From a virus: DNA of 64,000 bases. Positions 1 to 8,796 of the stretch are shown piece after piece. The first letter of the stretch is position 1; each line of letters opens with the position of its first letter. Under the pieces are notes generated by a model. That model searched no databases and had not been told where the DNA came from. It saw only the letters and a list, made by a program, of their open reading frames with translations. Location of the stretch: positions 32,001 through 96,000 of the IMG/VR virus record IMGVR_UViG_3300045988_179398; one strand, given 5' to 3'. The translations under genes and the position numbers were made by a program.

Positions 1-1
1 A

Positions 2-1297
2 CAAAAGGCTACTTATAAAAATAGAACCGAAGAGGAAAAGTCGGAGACGATTGAAAAACGCAAAAATACCTGTATGGATAGATTTGGTGCGAATAATCCC
101 TTGCGTTCAGAAGATATAAAAGAAAAAGCGTTTGCTACTAATATAGAAAGATATGGATATAAAACATCAATTCAAAATCCAGAAATTCGTAAAAAAGCGG
201 AAGATACTTTATTTGATCGGTTTGGAGTCAGGAACCCGTCTTTAGTTCCCGAGTTTAAACAAAAAAGAGAAAACACCATGCGAGAAAGATTTGGTGTTTG
301 TAATTACGGAGAGATTGTCTTATCGGAAGATATTAGGAATTTACTTAACGATAAAGATAAATTCAAAAAATATGTTTTAGATAATAAGTTATCGACGACG
401 TATGATATTGCGGAAAGTATAGGATGTTCAATTACAACTATTACAAACAGAATTCACGAATATAATTTAGAAGATTTGGTGAATAGGTCACAATCGCATT
501 TTGAGACGGAAGTCAATCGTATTCTGACCGATTGGAATGTTAGACATTATAAAACAAGACAAATTTTAAGCAGTAAGCAAGAAATAGATTTTTATTGTCC
601 GAATGAAGCGGTTGGTTTTGAATTTAATGGTAACTGGCCTCATTGTTCGATTAATAAAGATAAAAAATACCACATGGACAAATCATTGGAAGCGCAAGAA
701 AAGAATGTAAGATTTGTCCACATATATGAATACGAATGGTGTAATCCTCAAAAACAGCCAATAATATTATCTTTAATGCGTGGAGCGCTTGGTCTTTTTG
801 ATAAAAAAATATATGCAAGGAATTGTAAAATAAAAGAGGTTGGGACAAAAGAGTATTTCGACTTCTGTAATCAAAATCATACACAGGGTTATAGGCAAGC
901 AAGGATTATTTATGGGCTTTATTTCAATGATGAATTAGTTCAGATAATGAGTTTTTCTCATAATGATAAATATGAATGGGAGATAATTCGTGAATGTTCT
1001 AAAATTAATACTCAAGTAATTGGCGGTAACTCAAAGCTGTTTAAATATTTTATAAAAACGCAAAATCCAAACAGTATTTTTAGTTATTGCGATTTTAATA
1101 AATTTAATGGCAAAGGCTATGAGTTATTGGGTATGAAATTTATAGGATATACTGGTCCAGATATGAAATGGTATTTGAAAGGCAATATAGTTATAAATAG
1201 AAGTCCAAGTAAAAACAAAGAACTCAAAGAAAAAGCTATTGCCCAAATTTGGGGCGCTGGTTCTAAAAAGTATTTGTGGATAAAACCGCAAGAATAA
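2..1297 (+). CDS. Homing-endonuclease-like protein, 5' end outside window (tandem K-x3-T-x3-R-F/Y-G-x2-N-P repeats + Vsr/PD-(D/E)xK-like core + Hef-like C-terminal region)
   Basis: The frame is open from nt 2. Residues upstream of the ATG at 74 (KRKNTCMDRFGANNP) continue the ~22-aa repeat seen four more times downstream. The core SKQEIDFYCPNEAVGFEFNG resembles the nuclease core of ORF 43239-44861. Confidence 0.6.
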   Translation, partial: QKATYKNRTEEEKSETIEKRKNTCMDRFGANNPLRSEDIKEKAFATNIERYGYKTSIQNPEIRKKAEDTLFDRFGVRNPSLVPEFKQKRENTMRERFGVCNYGEIVLSEDIRNLLNDKDKFKKYVLDNKLSTTYDIAESIGCSITTITNRIHEYNLEDLVNRSQSHFETEVNRILTDWNVRHYKTRQILSSKQEIDFYCPNEAVGFEFNGNWPHCSINKDKKYHMDKSLEAQEKNVRFVHIYEYEWCNPQKQPIILSLMRGALGLFDKKIYARNCKIKEVGTKEYFDFCNQNHTQGYRQARIIYGLYFNDELVQIMSFSHNDKYEWEIIRECSKINTQVIGGNSKLFKYFIKTQNPNSIFSYCDFNKFNGKGYELLGMKFIGYTGPDMKWYLKGNIVINRSPSKNKELKEKAIAQIWGAGSKKYLWIKPQE

Positions 1298-1358
1298 GTT
1301 AAAACAAACGTTGCGTAAGCGGCGTTTTGTATGATAAAAGTAGTAAAAGGAGAAAATT

Positions 1359-2051
1359 ATGACAACAACAACCAAAAAAGAAGCCATTGAAGAAGTGGTA
1401 AAAGAAACAAAACCCGCGGAAACCAAGGTAACAAAGAACGATAGTCTTGACACAAAAATGGCAAACTTGACTGACCTTATGTCACAGTTTGTTCAGGCGA
1501 TGATGGCAAATCAAGCTGCTCGCACAGAGGTTAGAACGCCCGAAGACAAAATTGTAATTGTTCATTTGGCACAGACCGACCCCCAACTTGGAACCACAAT
1601 TCACCTTTCCAACACAGAAATTGGAATGACCGAATTCGGCGAAGAAAGACAGCTTACGATACAGCAGTTCGAAGAATTGCTTTCGAAATACAGAAGCTGG
1701 TTTGCTAAGGGACTTTTGTGTGTGGCGGACGGCTACGAAGAGGCGGCTAAAAAATATGGCGTAACAACTGCGGGTTCTTGTCCCATAGATAAAACGTTCA
1801 TAAAGGGTCTCGGAGATATACCGATGAGTAAAATCGAAGAGGTTTACGCTAGACTTCCAGAATACGGAAAAGAGAACCTTGTAAGTTACTGGATTAGGTG
1901 TGCTTATGACGGAAATCCGAAATTCACCGATATGCGTAAATTAAGACAGCTTAACGATATAACGGGCGGCAAGTTCGACAATGTAATTATCGAGTTTGAC
2001 GGAAGAAAAGATACGACCGAAATCAATAGACCAAACATTGTAAGATACTAA
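1359..2051 (+). CDS. Hypothetical late-operon protein
   Basis: 230-aa ORF with AAAGGAG upstream of the ATG. Lys/Glu-rich N-terminus. No motif recognised. Confidence 0.6.
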   Translation: MTTTTKKEAIEEVVKETKPAETKVTKNDSLDTKMANLTDLMSQFVQAMMANQAARTEVRTPEDKIVIVHLAQTDPQLGTTIHLSNTEIGMTEFGEERQLTIQQFEELLSKYRSWFAKGLLCVADGYEEAAKKYGVTTAGSCPIDKTFIKGLGDIPMSKIEEVYARLPEYGKENLVSYWIRCAYDGNPKFTDMRKLRQLNDITGGKFDNVIIEFDGRKDTTEINRPNIVRY

Positions 2052-2066
2052 TTTAATCAAACAAAT

Positions 2067-2106
2067 AAAAGCCCCATTTTATTGCATGATAATTTGGGGC
2101 TTTTTA
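2067..2106 (+). terminator. Rho-independent terminator-like hairpin
   Basis: AAAAGCCCCA (2067-2076) pairs with TGGGGCTTTT (2095-2104) and is followed by a T-run. Confidence 0.6.
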
Positions 2107-2134
2107 ATAAAAAAAATAACGGAGGGGAACACCA

Positions 2135-2845
2135 ATGATTCAGTTCTCAGATATTTACGAGCGGACGGTTAATCTTATTGATGACCCCGATATCAACAGA
2201 GCATATTTAACAAACACAATTGAATTTCAGAAAATAATGTACAATTTCCTCATCAACGGTTTAAGTTACTTTTCCAACCCGATAAAAGTATCCGACGCGC
2301 TTGCACAGTACGACAAACCGACTGGCGAGACAGAAGTCGGAAAGTGCGAAGCTGGGAAGCAGACTTACAATGTCACGATGGACATACCCAAAGACGCGGA
2401 AATTGTATTTTACATAGACACGCCGAATAAAAAAGGCGTGTTAATCAAACACCAAACGGAAGCGACTTATAACGCGGCCGCTAAAACCGTCGAGTTCGCG
2501 AACCCCGTGAACGATGGCGAACAATATGAAATCGAGTGGTATAAAGCAGGCGCATTTACGGCGGATTTTGTCGCCGCAGGGAAAGCAATCGGCGATTCTA
2601 TGACGAAACGTGTAACGGAAATACTCGCAAGAACAACGGTAATCGCGTGGGCAGAAAAAGAGCAAAATTTCTTGCTCGACATTCGCAACTTACTCAATGA
2701 TACCGACTTCAAGCTTCATTCCCCAGCGAACTCGTTAAAGACAAAAACCGACTGGGTAAAAGATTTGCAGTTCGAGATTTACTCGTTGCAAAACAAGCTT
2801 GATTGGGATTTACGGTGCAGGAGCGTGAGTTGGTATGGATACTAA
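2135..2845 (+). CDS. Hypothetical virion-module protein
   Basis: 236-aa ORF with GGAGGGG upstream. Overlaps the next ORF by 11 nt, which is operon-like coupling. Confidence 0.6.
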   Translation: MIQFSDIYERTVNLIDDPDINRAYLTNTIEFQKIMYNFLINGLSYFSNPIKVSDALAQYDKPTGETEVGKCEAGKQTYNVTMDIPKDAEIVFYIDTPNKKGVLIKHQTEATYNAAAKTVEFANPVNDGEQYEIEWYKAGAFTADFVAAGKAIGDSMTKRVTEILARTTVIAWAEKEQNFLLDIRNLLNDTDFKLHSPANSLKTKTDWVKDLQFEIYSLQNKLDWDLRCRSVSWYGY

Positions 2846-3185
2846 TACATTTGAGAACCGCATAATAATTTCCGACGCCGCAAAAAAGAAATTTCTCGAA
2901 AAACTTATCGGCAAGATGATAAAGATTTTGCACCTTGTTGAGGAGAGAGAAGAAACGGGAATTGACCCTCGTGATTTCATATACGGACAACTCGTCGAGT
3001 TAAACTCGGCTAACCAACTATTCGACAATGAACTGATTGAAATAATCGTAAAACTTAATGTGGTTTATCGCGATTTCAACCAAGTCGAATTTAAAGCAAT
3101 AAAAAAACAAATTTTCGAGATAAAGCGCAAAATCAATTATCTTATCGGTTTGATTGATGCTCGCGAGAAGGAGGCGGTGAAATGA
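2835..3185 (+). CDS. Hypothetical virion-module protein
   Basis: 116-aa ORF with overlapping stop/start at both ends (ATGA at 3182). Confidence 0.55.
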   Translation: MDTNTFENRIIISDAAKKKFLEKLIGKMIKILHLVEEREETGIDPRDFIYGQLVELNSANQLFDNELIEIIVKLNVVYRDFNQVEFKAIKKQIFEIKRKINYLIGLIDAREKEAVK

Positions 3186-4486
3186 GCAAAGTAATAAACA
3201 GCGCGTTTACCCCAACTTCTTACGTTTACGATCTTGAAAACAACGTCGGCGCTAATAACGGAGAACCTTATAAAACAATTTCCCAAACGCCGAAGAATTA
3301 TTCAAAATACAATTACTATTTGCACACGTTGCAGGACAAAATCGACGCCGATTGGAAATATCGTCCTAACAGAGTTGACGTCGAAGAACAAGAGATCGAA
3401 GATTGGGGTACTGATAAATACACCCCGATTGAGGTTGTTATTCAGACGCTCAAAAACGATAAGGGCGAGAAACTTGCGGATGATTATAAGAAGCTCGTGT
3501 TCCGTGATATTCAACACAACAAACTTCTCGGAATGAAATACCGTTTCTCGTTCAACTTCGATCTCGAAGAAGATGACGTGGATAAGTTCTGCTGGCTCAT
3601 TACAAACCTAAACGAAACTGACCCGATGAGCGCGGTTGCAATAACTCGTTGCAACGGCACGATTGCCTCGGTTTTCAAGAACGCAGACGGTTATAACGAT
3701 GTTCATATCGAAGAGGTTATCGCAGGAACTGATTTGTCTGGAACTGGTTTTCATTTCAATGAAACGATTTTGACACAAAAAGACAGCATTGTGATGATTG
3801 TTCAAGCGAACGATTACACGCGTGGTTATTACGTAAACCAACGTTTCATCGTCGGTTACGACACGGTTTATAAAGTAACTAACATTGAAAATTACAACAG
3901 CAGAAGCACTTATAAAGCGAAGGATAACGGGTTAATCGTGTTATACGCGACCGTTGACCAAAAGAGCGAGCAAGACATCTTCGACAAAGAGGTTTACGGG
4001 AAAGAACACGTTTATCTCGCGTACAACAAAGCGGAAGACCAAATCACGGTTACGCCTCCCGACGTTAGCGAGGGTTATACGTTCAGATTCTACGAACCCG
4101 TTCCGATGCCGACCGAATTATACAGCGAACCGATTACGTTCAGAGTCGGTTTATTCCAAGGCGACGCGTTGGTCGAAGCGCCCGTCAATATCAGCATAAC
4201 GCTTGGTACGCTTGTGCCGTTTGCGGCTTATGACCCGAACACTTACGCGGGTTATGCGTTCCTTATCACGAAAGACGGAGAAGACTTCTACGTTGTCGAT
4301 ATGGCCGACTACGAAAAATACGTCGAAGTCGTTGATGACGACGATAAAGGTACGTTTACTCTTCGCAGACTGAAAGTTTACGCTCGCAAAGAACTCATCG
4401 TTATGGCTTATATATCGGCAGAAAACAGTCCGACAGGCAAAGAGATGAAACAATCGTTCGTTTTGAGCCTTCGTGGGCTTGAGTAA
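3182..4486 (+). CDS. Hypothetical large virion-module protein
   Basis: 434-aa ORF, translationally coupled to the upstream ORF. No motif recognised. Confidence 0.6.
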   Translation: MSKVINSAFTPTSYVYDLENNVGANNGEPYKTISQTPKNYSKYNYYLHTLQDKIDADWKYRPNRVDVEEQEIEDWGTDKYTPIEVVIQTLKNDKGEKLADDYKKLVFRDIQHNKLLGMKYRFSFNFDLEEDDVDKFCWLITNLNETDPMSAVAITRCNGTIASVFKNADGYNDVHIEEVIAGTDLSGTGFHFNETILTQKDSIVMIVQANDYTRGYYVNQRFIVGYDTVYKVTNIENYNSRSTYKAKDNGLIVLYATVDQKSEQDIFDKEVYGKEHVYLAYNKAEDQITVTPPDVSEGYTFRFYEPVPMPTELYSEPITFRVGLFQGDALVEAPVNISITLGTLVPFAAYDPNTYAGYAFLITKDGEDFYVVDMADYEKYVEVVDDDDKGTFTLRRLKVYARKELIVMAYISAENSPTGKEMKQSFVLSLRGLE

Positions 4487-4510
4487 AAGTGAGAAAAGGA
4501 GGAAACGAAC

Positions 4511-5185
4511 ATGGGGCTTCCTATGTATTTTGACGACAACGGGTATAACCGTTATAACGACCTCGATGGGTTGGAGTGGCGAATTATACACGCGTTAGTA
4601 AACAGCGATTCGAAATATGGCAAGTATTTGTGGAAGTTGCTGAAATATAACACGCCTGATTGTCTTATGAACGATGAACTCAACAACAAAGAGAAGTATA
4701 AAATGGTTTATCGTGACAATGGCGACGCAGGCAATTATAACGTATTTTTACTTCCGTTCATCGACGACGGTTGGACAAAGCAGGCTTCGAGGCTTGACGT
4801 TTACGTGAGCCGAATTGAGCCTTTTGATCAAGTCCGCTCGAAAGTTGATGTAACGCTTGAAATTATAGTTCATAACAAAATCAACAATGTTTACGGCGAC
4901 GCGGATGACGAAGAAAACCCGCTGACCAACCCGACTGAAACCGATGAAGATGGGGACATCTTAATCCCGACGAAGAGCCGCGCGACCACTATTTTGAAGT
5001 GCGTTTTGGCTATTTTAAACGGCTTATACGTCGATGGCGTCGGTACGTTGCAGTGCAACCAACTGACAAGCCCGTATTGCGGGGTAAAGAGTTACGTCTG
5101 GAACGACCGCTCGTATTTTGGTTATTCGGTTACATTCTCGACGGTTATGGCGCAAGAAACGGTTAACCCTGATTGCGGCTGGTGA
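4511..5185 (+). CDS. Hypothetical virion-module protein
   Basis: 224-aa ORF with AAGGAGGAAA upstream of the ATG. Confidence 0.6.
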   Translation: MGLPMYFDDNGYNRYNDLDGLEWRIIHALVNSDSKYGKYLWKLLKYNTPDCLMNDELNNKEKYKMVYRDNGDAGNYNVFLLPFIDDGWTKQASRLDVYVSRIEPFDQVRSKVDVTLEIIVHNKINNVYGDADDEENPLTNPTETDEDGDILIPTKSRATTILKCVLAILNGLYVDGVGTLQCNQLTSPYCGVKSYVWNDRSYFGYSVTFSTVMAQETVNPDCGW

Positions 5186-5198
5186 GGCGGTGATTTGA

Positions 5199-6200
5199 GT
5201 GAAAATTTATAACCCGAATTTACCGCAAAGTCTCGTTGATGAGCTTAATCGGCTTAATGCGACGTATTTTCAATTCGATGAGCCCGTTCCATTTAAAGAC
5301 GGTTTGACGTTATACCCGATAAACGTTCGGTATCATGATGAATTTTTAGCTGCGTCGGAGTGTCTAACACTTAATAAAGACGACGTGGAAGGGAACGAGG
5401 AGAAAACTAACCTCGAATATCTTTTGCTGAAGATGAGTGGAAAAGCCGACTCGCAAGACAAAGATGGACCGCTGAAAGGCGCGTTAGAAAAAGCCGCCGA
5501 AGAGAAAAAGGCTAAGGAAGAGCAGGCTCGAATTTCGCAGTATTTTATACGCATTTGCGAGTTGGTTTTTCATGTGAAATATGGTATTCGTTGTGCGAAG
5601 TGCGGAAAAGTTTACGATTATCAAGAGTTTTTAATAAAAGCGCTTGATAAAGAGCATCCATTCCATTGCGAGTGTTATAAAGGCGAAGAAGGTAAGGAGG
5701 AAGACTTCGATATAAACATAAAATATCGAATGAATCCCGAAACTAAAAAATACGAAATTTTGATTAACGGAATTACGATAACGTCGGAAGACTTCGACCG
5801 TTTGAGACAAATTGTAATGTATCAAAATTTACCCGATTTTAAGGATGACACTTGGGTTGATCCCGATATGAGAGCCGATCAAGCGGAGAAACAAAGGCTT
5901 TTGGCGAAGAAAAACAATGCTGGAACTGCGACGCTTGAAAGAAAGATTGTTTGCGTTTCGGCGAAATCGTGTTATAAAATCGGAGATATTTACAAATTAA
6001 CGATGAGAAAATTCTTGATTTTGTTGTCTGCGATTGACGACGCGATGAATTATGAATGCACACGTATCGGTTTAATGACTGGTATGGTGAGTATGAAAGA
6101 ACCAGTTGAACACTGGATTTATAAGAAAGAATCTGATGATTTGTATGGCGGAGAGGCGGTAAGCCTTGATGAAATGAAACAAACTTTGGGTTCTGAATAA
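5199..6200 (+). CDS. Hypothetical protein with central Cys-rich (zinc-ribbon-like) segment
   Basis: 333-aa ORF with a GTG start after GAGGCGG. Contains CAKCGK...HCEC. Confidence 0.55.
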   Translation: MKIYNPNLPQSLVDELNRLNATYFQFDEPVPFKDGLTLYPINVRYHDEFLAASECLTLNKDDVEGNEEKTNLEYLLLKMSGKADSQDKDGPLKGALEKAAEEKKAKEEQARISQYFIRICELVFHVKYGIRCAKCGKVYDYQEFLIKALDKEHPFHCECYKGEEGKEEDFDINIKYRMNPETKKYEILINGITITSEDFDRLRQIVMYQNLPDFKDDTWVDPDMRADQAEKQRLLAKKNNAGTATLERKIVCVSAKSCYKIGDIYKLTMRKFLILLSAIDDAMNYECTRIGLMTGMVSMKEPVEHWIYKKESDDLYGGEAVSLDEMKQTLGSE

Positions 6201-6306
6201 TTTACAAAAATTATGGCTTTAAAAACGTGGTTAATCCGCTGCGTTTTTTTATTGCTTGATTTTAATATATATAAATTTATATAAATTAAAAAAGGAGAAA
6301 ATTAAT

Positions 6307-7170
6307 ATGGCTAATTATATTCTTGGCGATGTTATGAAGGCGCAGGCTTTTATATCTGTTAAAGATAAGACTGGTGACAGTTATCATCTTGAACCTTATT
6401 TCACTGCCAATACGATGACTGAAAGTACCATAAATATATCGACGACCGCTGAGGAAGTTCGTGGTGGCTGGGGCAACCAGTTGCTTGGTAAAATATTCCA
6501 TGATTCCAATTTTGCGGTAAACCTTACCGAAGCAGAGTGGTCTCTTGATTATCTTGCAGCGCAAATTGGTAAAACCATTGACAAAAAAGCCAATGGTATT
6601 AATATTAAAACTGGCAGGGGAACGATAGCTAAAACGACTGGAATACTTACTTTCAAAGAGGGTCAAGGACCCGCAACTGGTGAAACTATTGCCACCATAT
6701 TTGCCAATGCCAGCTCTTTCTGTGATGTCTCGAATACTGCTATAATGTGGGCGAAAGATTGCAAAGATAATGTATACACGATTACTGTCGGAGCTAACGA
6801 AGGAAAACCTGTATATACTGTTGTTGGTGATGCACCCACAGCAGATATCGACGTGTGTGTAACGTACCCGTTGCAGCAAGCTGATTGTGAATCTCTTATT
6901 GTTGAAGCAGCTTATGAACCTGCTGAGTTCAGTCTTTTCTTGTATGGTAAGATATTCAAAGGAAACGGCTGTCAGAAGTCTAAGACCAATAAGGTTGGAT
7001 ATTTTACGATTGAAATCCCGAGATTCCAGCTTGATGGTACAGTTGATCTTGCGATGAACCCGAGCTCTGCTGCTACTACTGGTCTTAATGGTTCTGCTCT
7101 TGCATATGGTTGTACTTGTGGCGGCGAACCCGAATATGCAAAAATTACTGTTGTTCTTGACAAAGAATAA
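6307..7170 (+). CDS. Candidate abundant structural protein (major tail/tube-like or capsid-like); function unresolved
   Basis: Start chosen at MANYILGD because of the strong AAAAGGAG site; the track's 6256 start lies in an AT-rich leader. It sits between a hairpin upstream and a strong terminator downstream, which is typical of highly expressed structural genes. Confidence 0.4.
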   Translation: MANYILGDVMKAQAFISVKDKTGDSYHLEPYFTANTMTESTINISTTAEEVRGGWGNQLLGKIFHDSNFAVNLTEAEWSLDYLAAQIGKTIDKKANGINIKTGRGTIAKTTGILTFKEGQGPATGETIATIFANASSFCDVSNTAIMWAKDCKDNVYTITVGANEGKPVYTVVGDAPTADIDVCVTYPLQQADCESLIVEAAYEPAEFSLFLYGKIFKGNGCQKSKTNKVGYFTIEIPRFQLDGTVDLAMNPSSAATTGLNGSALAYGCTCGGEPEYAKITVVLDKE

Positions 7171-7355
7171 TGGCTTGTAAATTTGCTATTGATAAAAATG
7201 GGCCAGTTCAAATAGCTTGTAGTAAATTACATAATATGAATTGTCCTTATCAATATTGGTGTACGACTTTTCATCGTTTTAATAGTACCGCCACTAAAGA
7301 TAAATGTAAATATTACGAAGAAGCCGAGAACTCGGAACAACTGAATAAAAAATAA
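7170..7355 (+). CDS. Small Cys-rich protein (61 aa)
   Basis: TAATG stop/start overlap with the upstream gene. Six Cys residues. The terminator follows immediately. Confidence 0.4.
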   Translation: MACKFAIDKNGPVQIACSKLHNMNCPYQYWCTTFHRFNSTATKDKCKYYEEAENSEQLNKK

Positions 7356-7362
7356 ATAAATT

Positions 7363-7409
7363 AGAACCCGTTGAATGTGTTATGCGATACGTTCGCGGGT
7401 TCTTTTTTA
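7363..7409 (+). terminator. Rho-independent terminator
   Basis: AGAACCCG (7363-7370) pairs with CGGGTTCT (7396-7403) and is followed by TTTTTT. Confidence 0.7.
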
Positions 7410-7524
7410 TCTATCGTGCAATAAAACAAAACTTTTATTCAACGAAAATAGTAAAAAAGAGAGATAAAAGATAAGAAAAGAGGAATAATAACATAAAAAA
7501 TCTAAAATTATAAGGAGGTTTATT

Positions 7525-8427
7525 ATGTATTACTTAGACTATGCTAAAAAAGTAGACGATAGATATATACTTAACTTTTTCGCGGATTCCGCCGAGGATC
7601 TTAAAGACGTCCCCACGGATAAACCGTATATAACCCGTAACGGCACGAATTACGGTATACCGCTTGAAACGTCCGTTGTTACGATAATCGAGAAAGGCAC
7701 GAAGGTGAATTACGTGTTACAGAACGGCGCGTATATCGCTGGTGGAGATGTTGCACCCGTTGTTGGCACGCTCGAAGCTACCGAAAACAAAACTTATCTT
7801 GCGAAAGATGCCAACCTTGACGGTTATAGCCAAGTTGTGGTCAACGTTCAACCCACACTTCAGGAAAAATCGGCAACCCCGACGAAGGTGCAACAGGTTG
7901 TTACCCCCGAAGAAGGGTTTTATGGTTTGTCCAAAGTAACGGTCGCGAAAATACCTGATAACTACGTAATTCCGACTGGCGCGGTAGAAATTACGACTAA
8001 CGGCACTCACGACGTATCGGGAAAAGCGAGCGCGACGGTAAATGTTCAACCTAAATTACAGGAGAAGACCGCGACTGCTAACGGCGAAGTAACTCCAGAT
8101 GCTGCGTATGAAGGTTTGAGTAAGGTTACGATAAATGTTCAACCGAAACTCCAAGAAAAGAGCGTTACGGCGAATGGTGCGGTTACGCCCGACAGCGGTT
8201 TCCAAGGTTTGAGCAAAGTGACGGTCAACGTTCCCGCAACCCCGACCGAAGAAAAGACGGTTGAGTTAGCTCTCGCGAGTGGCAACCAAGTGATAACCCC
8301 GACCGCTGGGAAAAACATATCGAAAGTTACGATTACAAAGCCCGCGGAATTGCTTCCTGAAAACATCAAAAAAGGTGTGACGATCGCTGGCGTTGTAGGA
8401 ACTTATGAGGCAGCGCCGCAGGCTTAA
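7525..8427 (+). CDS. Virion surface/fibre-like protein with 32-aa tandem repeats; N-terminal domain paralogous to ORF 29536
   Basis: AAGGAGG upstream. The N-terminus MYYLDYAKK..ILNFFADSAEDL..NGTNYGIP parallels MLYLNYAKP..ILNFFADSEKDL..NGTDYGVP of ORF 29536. Repeats are of the form VNVQPxLQEKxxTxxGxVTPDxxxxGLSKVT. Confidence 0.6.
   Translation: MYYLDYAKKVDDRYILNFFADSAEDLKDVPTDKPYITRNGTNYGIPLETSVVTIIEKGTKVNYVLQNGAYIAGGDVAPVVGTLEATENKTYLAKDANLDGYSQVVVNVQPTLQEKSATPTKVQQVVTPEEGFYGLSKVTVAKIPDNYVIPTGAVEITTNGTHDVSGKASATVNVQPKLQEKTATANGEVTPDAAYEGLSKVTINVQPKLQEKSVTANGAVTPDSGFQGLSKVTVNVPATPTEEKTVELALASGNQVITPTAGKNISKVTITKPAELLPENIKKGVTIAGVVGTYEAAPQA
7840..8226 (+). repeat. Three degenerate ~96-nt (32-aa) coding repeats
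   Basis: GTnAAyGTTCAACCnAAAyTnCAGGAnAAr... recurs at about 7840, 8038 and 8134, inside ORF 7525-8427. Confidence 0.7.
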
Positions 8428-8465
8428 AGGCGTCGCTTAATTTAGATAAATAATCGAGGTACAAT

Positions 8466-8792
8466 ATGATTTCAATCAAAACATTTTACGCTTATGGTAA
8501 AGAAAAGCCAATTACAGGCGAGAGTTCTGTTATTTTTAACAATTCTGCGGAAACCCTCACTATGCAAGTTGACGAACTAGCGGGTAGTGTTGAGTTATAT
8601 GGTACCGCAGATTTCGATTCAAATATTTTTTACAAACTCACGGGCAATAATTTGTCTTTTGAGTTAGTAAACAAAATCACAACCGACGGGATTTACCACT
8701 TTTCAATTGAAGGCATTGCAAAAATCAAATTCGAGGTCGAAAATACCAATAAAGATTTGATTGTATTTTGCCGAATGACAAAGGGGGTATAA
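8466..8792 (+). CDS. Hypothetical small virion-module protein
   Basis: 108-aa ORF with GAGG upstream, tightly packed before the fibre gene. Confidence 0.5.
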   Translation: MISIKTFYAYGKEKPITGESSVIFNNSAETLTMQVDELAGSVELYGTADFDSNIFYKLTGNNLSFELVNKITTDGIYHFSIEGIAKIKFEVENTNKDLIVFCRMTKGV

Positions 8793-8796
8793 TCTT

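Noticed and set aside
7840-8226. Regularly spaced ~96-nt repeats; considered as a CRISPR-like array.
   Set aside because: The repeats are degenerate, contiguous or irregularly spaced, in frame, and encode a 32-aa protein repeat inside ORF 7525. There is no repeat-spacer architecture.
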